From: Cyanobacteria bacterium P01_A01_bin.123
GTDB lineage: Bacteria; Cyanobacteriota; Cyanobacteriia; Phormidesmidales; Phormidesmidaceae
Reading direction: 5' to 3'
NCBI GenBank assembly: GCA_039815185.1
Contig: JBCBZT010000028.1
Span: forward strand, 1-64,000
Length of the DNA: 64,000 nucleotides
In this document: one piece after another, positions 61,869-64,000 of the stretch
How positions within the stretch are numbered: position 1 is the stretch's first letter
How the letters are laid out: every line of letters starts with the position of its first letter
The notes under the pieces: model-generated
What the model was told of the DNA's origin: nothing
Databases searched by the model: none
What the model saw: only the letters and a program-made list of their open reading frames with translations
Translations under genes and position numbers: made by a program

Positions 61869-62938
61869 TTCCTCAGCGTGTTTATGCCAAACAATTGCGA
61901 TCGCAGTTACCCCCAACAGCCTTTAACCCTGATCCGAGTAAGCTCATCCTATTGTTGATTAATTTGCTAATTTTGCTCCTAGGTTGGGGCATAGGGGCTC
62001 AACTCAATCACTGGCCAAAGCAATGGCTATGGCTGTACGTGCCATTTGCTGTAGTGATGGCTAACAGTGTGATTGTCATGGCCTTTGCGAGCCATGATTT
62101 AATGCATGGAAGCGTGATTCGAAACTACAAGTTAGCTTACAAGATTTCTCTAGTGAGTCAGGCTATTTTATGGATGCCTCCAACCCTATGGAAAATTATC
62201 CATAATCAAATTCATCACAATAAGACAAATACTCCAGAAGATCCGGATCGCAACTATCAATATCAACAACCCAATACAATTGGAAAACGAGTTCAGAATC
62301 TGCTGTTTCCTTCATCTGAGGTATCGCTTTTCTGGCTAATTTTAGGCATGATGACACAGTGGAGCATTTATGCGTTTCGCAATGTTTTTTTAGTCTTAGT
62401 GGAGAATAGCCGTCGTCAAAATTATGCGCCTGCGACGTTTACGGTTAGCAATCGAGAGCGGTGGAAAATTGCTCAAGAATTTGCGCTAATGCTGGGAATG
62501 CATTTTGGGGTCTTGGCTTGGCTTTCCTTTGATCCGCTTAAACTTGCCCTAGCTTACTTTTTTCCCATCGTGTTGGGTCATGCTGGGATGATGTTTTATA
62601 TCTATACCAATCATTTGGTTTCTCCGATGACGGATATTAATGATCCGTTAGTCAACAGCGTTTCCCTGCGAGTCCCCAAAATCTTGGATTTGATCCATGT
62701 CAATTTCTCGCATCATGCTGAGCATCATATTTTCCCAGGGTTGAATTCTGATTACTATCCAATGGTGAGAGAGCTGCTTGGCCAGCTATACCCGAACCAA
62801 ATTGGATTCGTGATCAGCCCCAAGGAGGCTTGGCGTTTGCTACTTTCAACCCCTCGGCATTATCTTGATGCAATCACCTTAACTGATTGGCAAGGGCAGA
62901 AACGCGTGCCTTGTTATTTGAATATGTCATACAACTGA
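61856..62938 (+). CDS. Membrane fatty acid desaturase family protein
   Basis: His boxes HDLMH, HNQIHH, HAEHH. Confidence 0.9.
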   Translation: MDGLIPQRVYAKQLRSQLPPTAFNPDPSKLILLLINLLILLLGWGIGAQLNHWPKQWLWLYVPFAVVMANSVIVMAFASHDLMHGSVIRNYKLAYKISLVSQAILWMPPTLWKIIHNQIHHNKTNTPEDPDRNYQYQQPNTIGKRVQNLLFPSSEVSLFWLILGMMTQWSIYAFRNVFLVLVENSRRQNYAPATFTVSNRERWKIAQEFALMLGMHFGVLAWLSFDPLKLALAYFFPIVLGHAGMMFYIYTNHLVSPMTDINDPLVNSVSLRVPKILDLIHVNFSHHAEHHIFPGLNSDYYPMVRELLGQLYPNQIGFVISPKEAWRLLLSTPRHYLDAITLTDWQGQKRVPCYLNMSYN

Positions 62939-62946
62939 AATTCTAG

Positions 62947-62980
62947 TAGATAAGGAAGTCAGATAAGACTTCCTTATCTA
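62947..62980. terminator. Hairpin after the desaturase
   Basis: TAGATAAGGAAGTC-AGATAA-GACTTCCTTATCTA. Confidence 0.55.
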
Positions 62981-62991
62981 TCAGTCGTCAG

Positions 62992-63037
62992 CCATCTTTC
63001 GGGACTGGTCTGTTAACAGACCAGTCCCGAAAGATGG
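62992..63037. promoter_or_regulatory. Perfect loopless 46-bp palindrome upstream of the response regulator
   Basis: CCATCTTTCGGGACTGGTCTGTT|AACAGACCAGTCCCGAAAGATGG. Confidence 0.55.
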
Positions 63038-63131
63038 AAAAGCTTATTATCAGAAAATTCTAATCCATTACTAAGCCTCCAATCAGTGGAACCCGGTAGA
63101 TTAAATCACATCCGGTCGTCACTCAAGACTT

Positions 63132-63803
63132 ATGGGGCAGCAGACACTAGACGTGGAGTTACAGCAGTTTCTTGTGATTGACGATCACGAGGCCATTTTA
63201 GAGGGCACGGTTCCGGCCCTGCAAAAGCAATATCCAAAGGCTCAAATCTCAACTGCTAAAACGGTTCAAGCGGCGGAGTGGCAAATTCTACATTGCCCCC
63301 CTGACCTGGTGATTGTGGATTTGAGTTTGCCCGCAACCGCGAATTCTCCTGCCACGGCTGAGGTTGGGATTCGCCTGTTAGATAAGCTCATGGGCAGCGA
63401 TAGGGCTCCCAATATTATGGTGCTCAGTACCAACGTTAAGCCTTTGATTCGACTCAAGCCTGTGATCAATGCCTATGAAGGGGGCTTTGTCGCCATGGAT
63501 AAATCTTTGCCGATTCAAAATATGCTCAACTCTGTCGAGATTGCACTGCGGGGCTCGATCTACTTACCCCCTGAGGTGAGGGCACGCCCTGAATTTGACC
63601 GCAAGTGGCTAGAGGTGCTTAAGCTTAAATATCAAGAGGGACTTTCTGACAAAGCGATCGCCAAAGCGATGGGCATCAGCGATCGCACCATCCGCAACTA
63701 TTGGGTCAGAATCCAAGATGGACTAAGCGTTTACGATGATCCCAACAAAGACCTGCGAATTCAAATCCAGATTGCTGCCCGCAAGGCCGGTCTAATTAAC
63801 TAG
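63132..63803 (+). CDS. NarL/LuxR-type DNA-binding response regulator
   Basis: VIDDH, VIVDLSLP, HTH GLSDKAIAKAMGISDRTIRNY. Confidence 0.9.
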   Translation: MGQQTLDVELQQFLVIDDHEAILEGTVPALQKQYPKAQISTAKTVQAAEWQILHCPPDLVIVDLSLPATANSPATAEVGIRLLDKLMGSDRAPNIMVLSTNVKPLIRLKPVINAYEGGFVAMDKSLPIQNMLNSVEIALRGSIYLPPEVRARPEFDRKWLEVLKLKYQEGLSDKAIAKAMGISDRTIRNYWVRIQDGLSVYDDPNKDLRIQIQIAARKAGLIN

Positions 63804-63818
63804 GTGTAACGCTGATCA

Positions 63819-64000
63819 ATGCTGCGGCAAATACGGAGATCCCTCAAAGAGCGGCTTTCAGATTGGCGAGAACTCATTCTGCCCGGCACTCTAATTATTG
63901 GCCTAGTGTGTCTGGTCCGCTTGAGCGGGCTTTTACAGACGCAAGAGTGGATGGCCTGGGACGCTTTTTCGCGGCAGTGCCCCCAGCAGACACAACCGCC
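63819..64000 (+). CDS. Probable CHASE2-domain sensor kinase, truncated by the window edge
   Basis: MLRQIRR..LPGTLIIGLVCLVRLSGLLQTQEWMAWD. Confidence 0.65.
   Translation, partial: MLRQIRRSLKERLSDWRELILPGTLIIGLVCLVRLSGLLQTQEWMAWDAFSRQCPQQTQP

Noticed and set aside
1..64000. Abundant GCGATCGC octamers as a novel repeat
   Set aside because: This is the well-known cyanobacterial HIP1 sequence.

Overview
Chromosomal segment of a cyanobacterium, identified by dense HIP1 GCGATCGC sites, psaF/J/L/M, gap2 and a split DnaE intein. A Leptolyngbya/Nodosilinea-like filamentous strain is my inference. Most of the window is core genes: proS, phoU, rnr, ubiX, aroK, argB, tsaD, gap2, murC/murB, cax and a peptide ABC transporter. 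The most unusual part is 34.9-45.4 kb. Both halves of the split-intein dnaE lie on the same strand only 1.2 kb apart, separated by a PD-(D/E)XK nuclease-like gene and a DUF1851/Tdi1-like gene. Directly downstream is an integrase-free variable tract containing a second, mostly synonymously diverged copy of the dnaE-c 3' end, three GTAG-type palindromic repeats (one interrupted by a MITE), AT-rich cargo genes, and at least five antitoxin pieces with deleted or truncated toxins. Other notable items: a psaF-psaJ-psaL cluster with a proline-loop PsaL, a decaying cobalamin-riboswitch cobalt operon, a split NACHT/FGE-like gene upstream of a nucleoside deoxyribosyltransferase, a CMAS-methyltransferase/desaturase pair, and a perfect 46-bp palindrome upstream of a NarL/CHASE2 pair. 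No rRNA, tRNA, CRISPR array, integrase or intact transposase was recognised. Family assignments come from motif recognition by eye, not from database searches.
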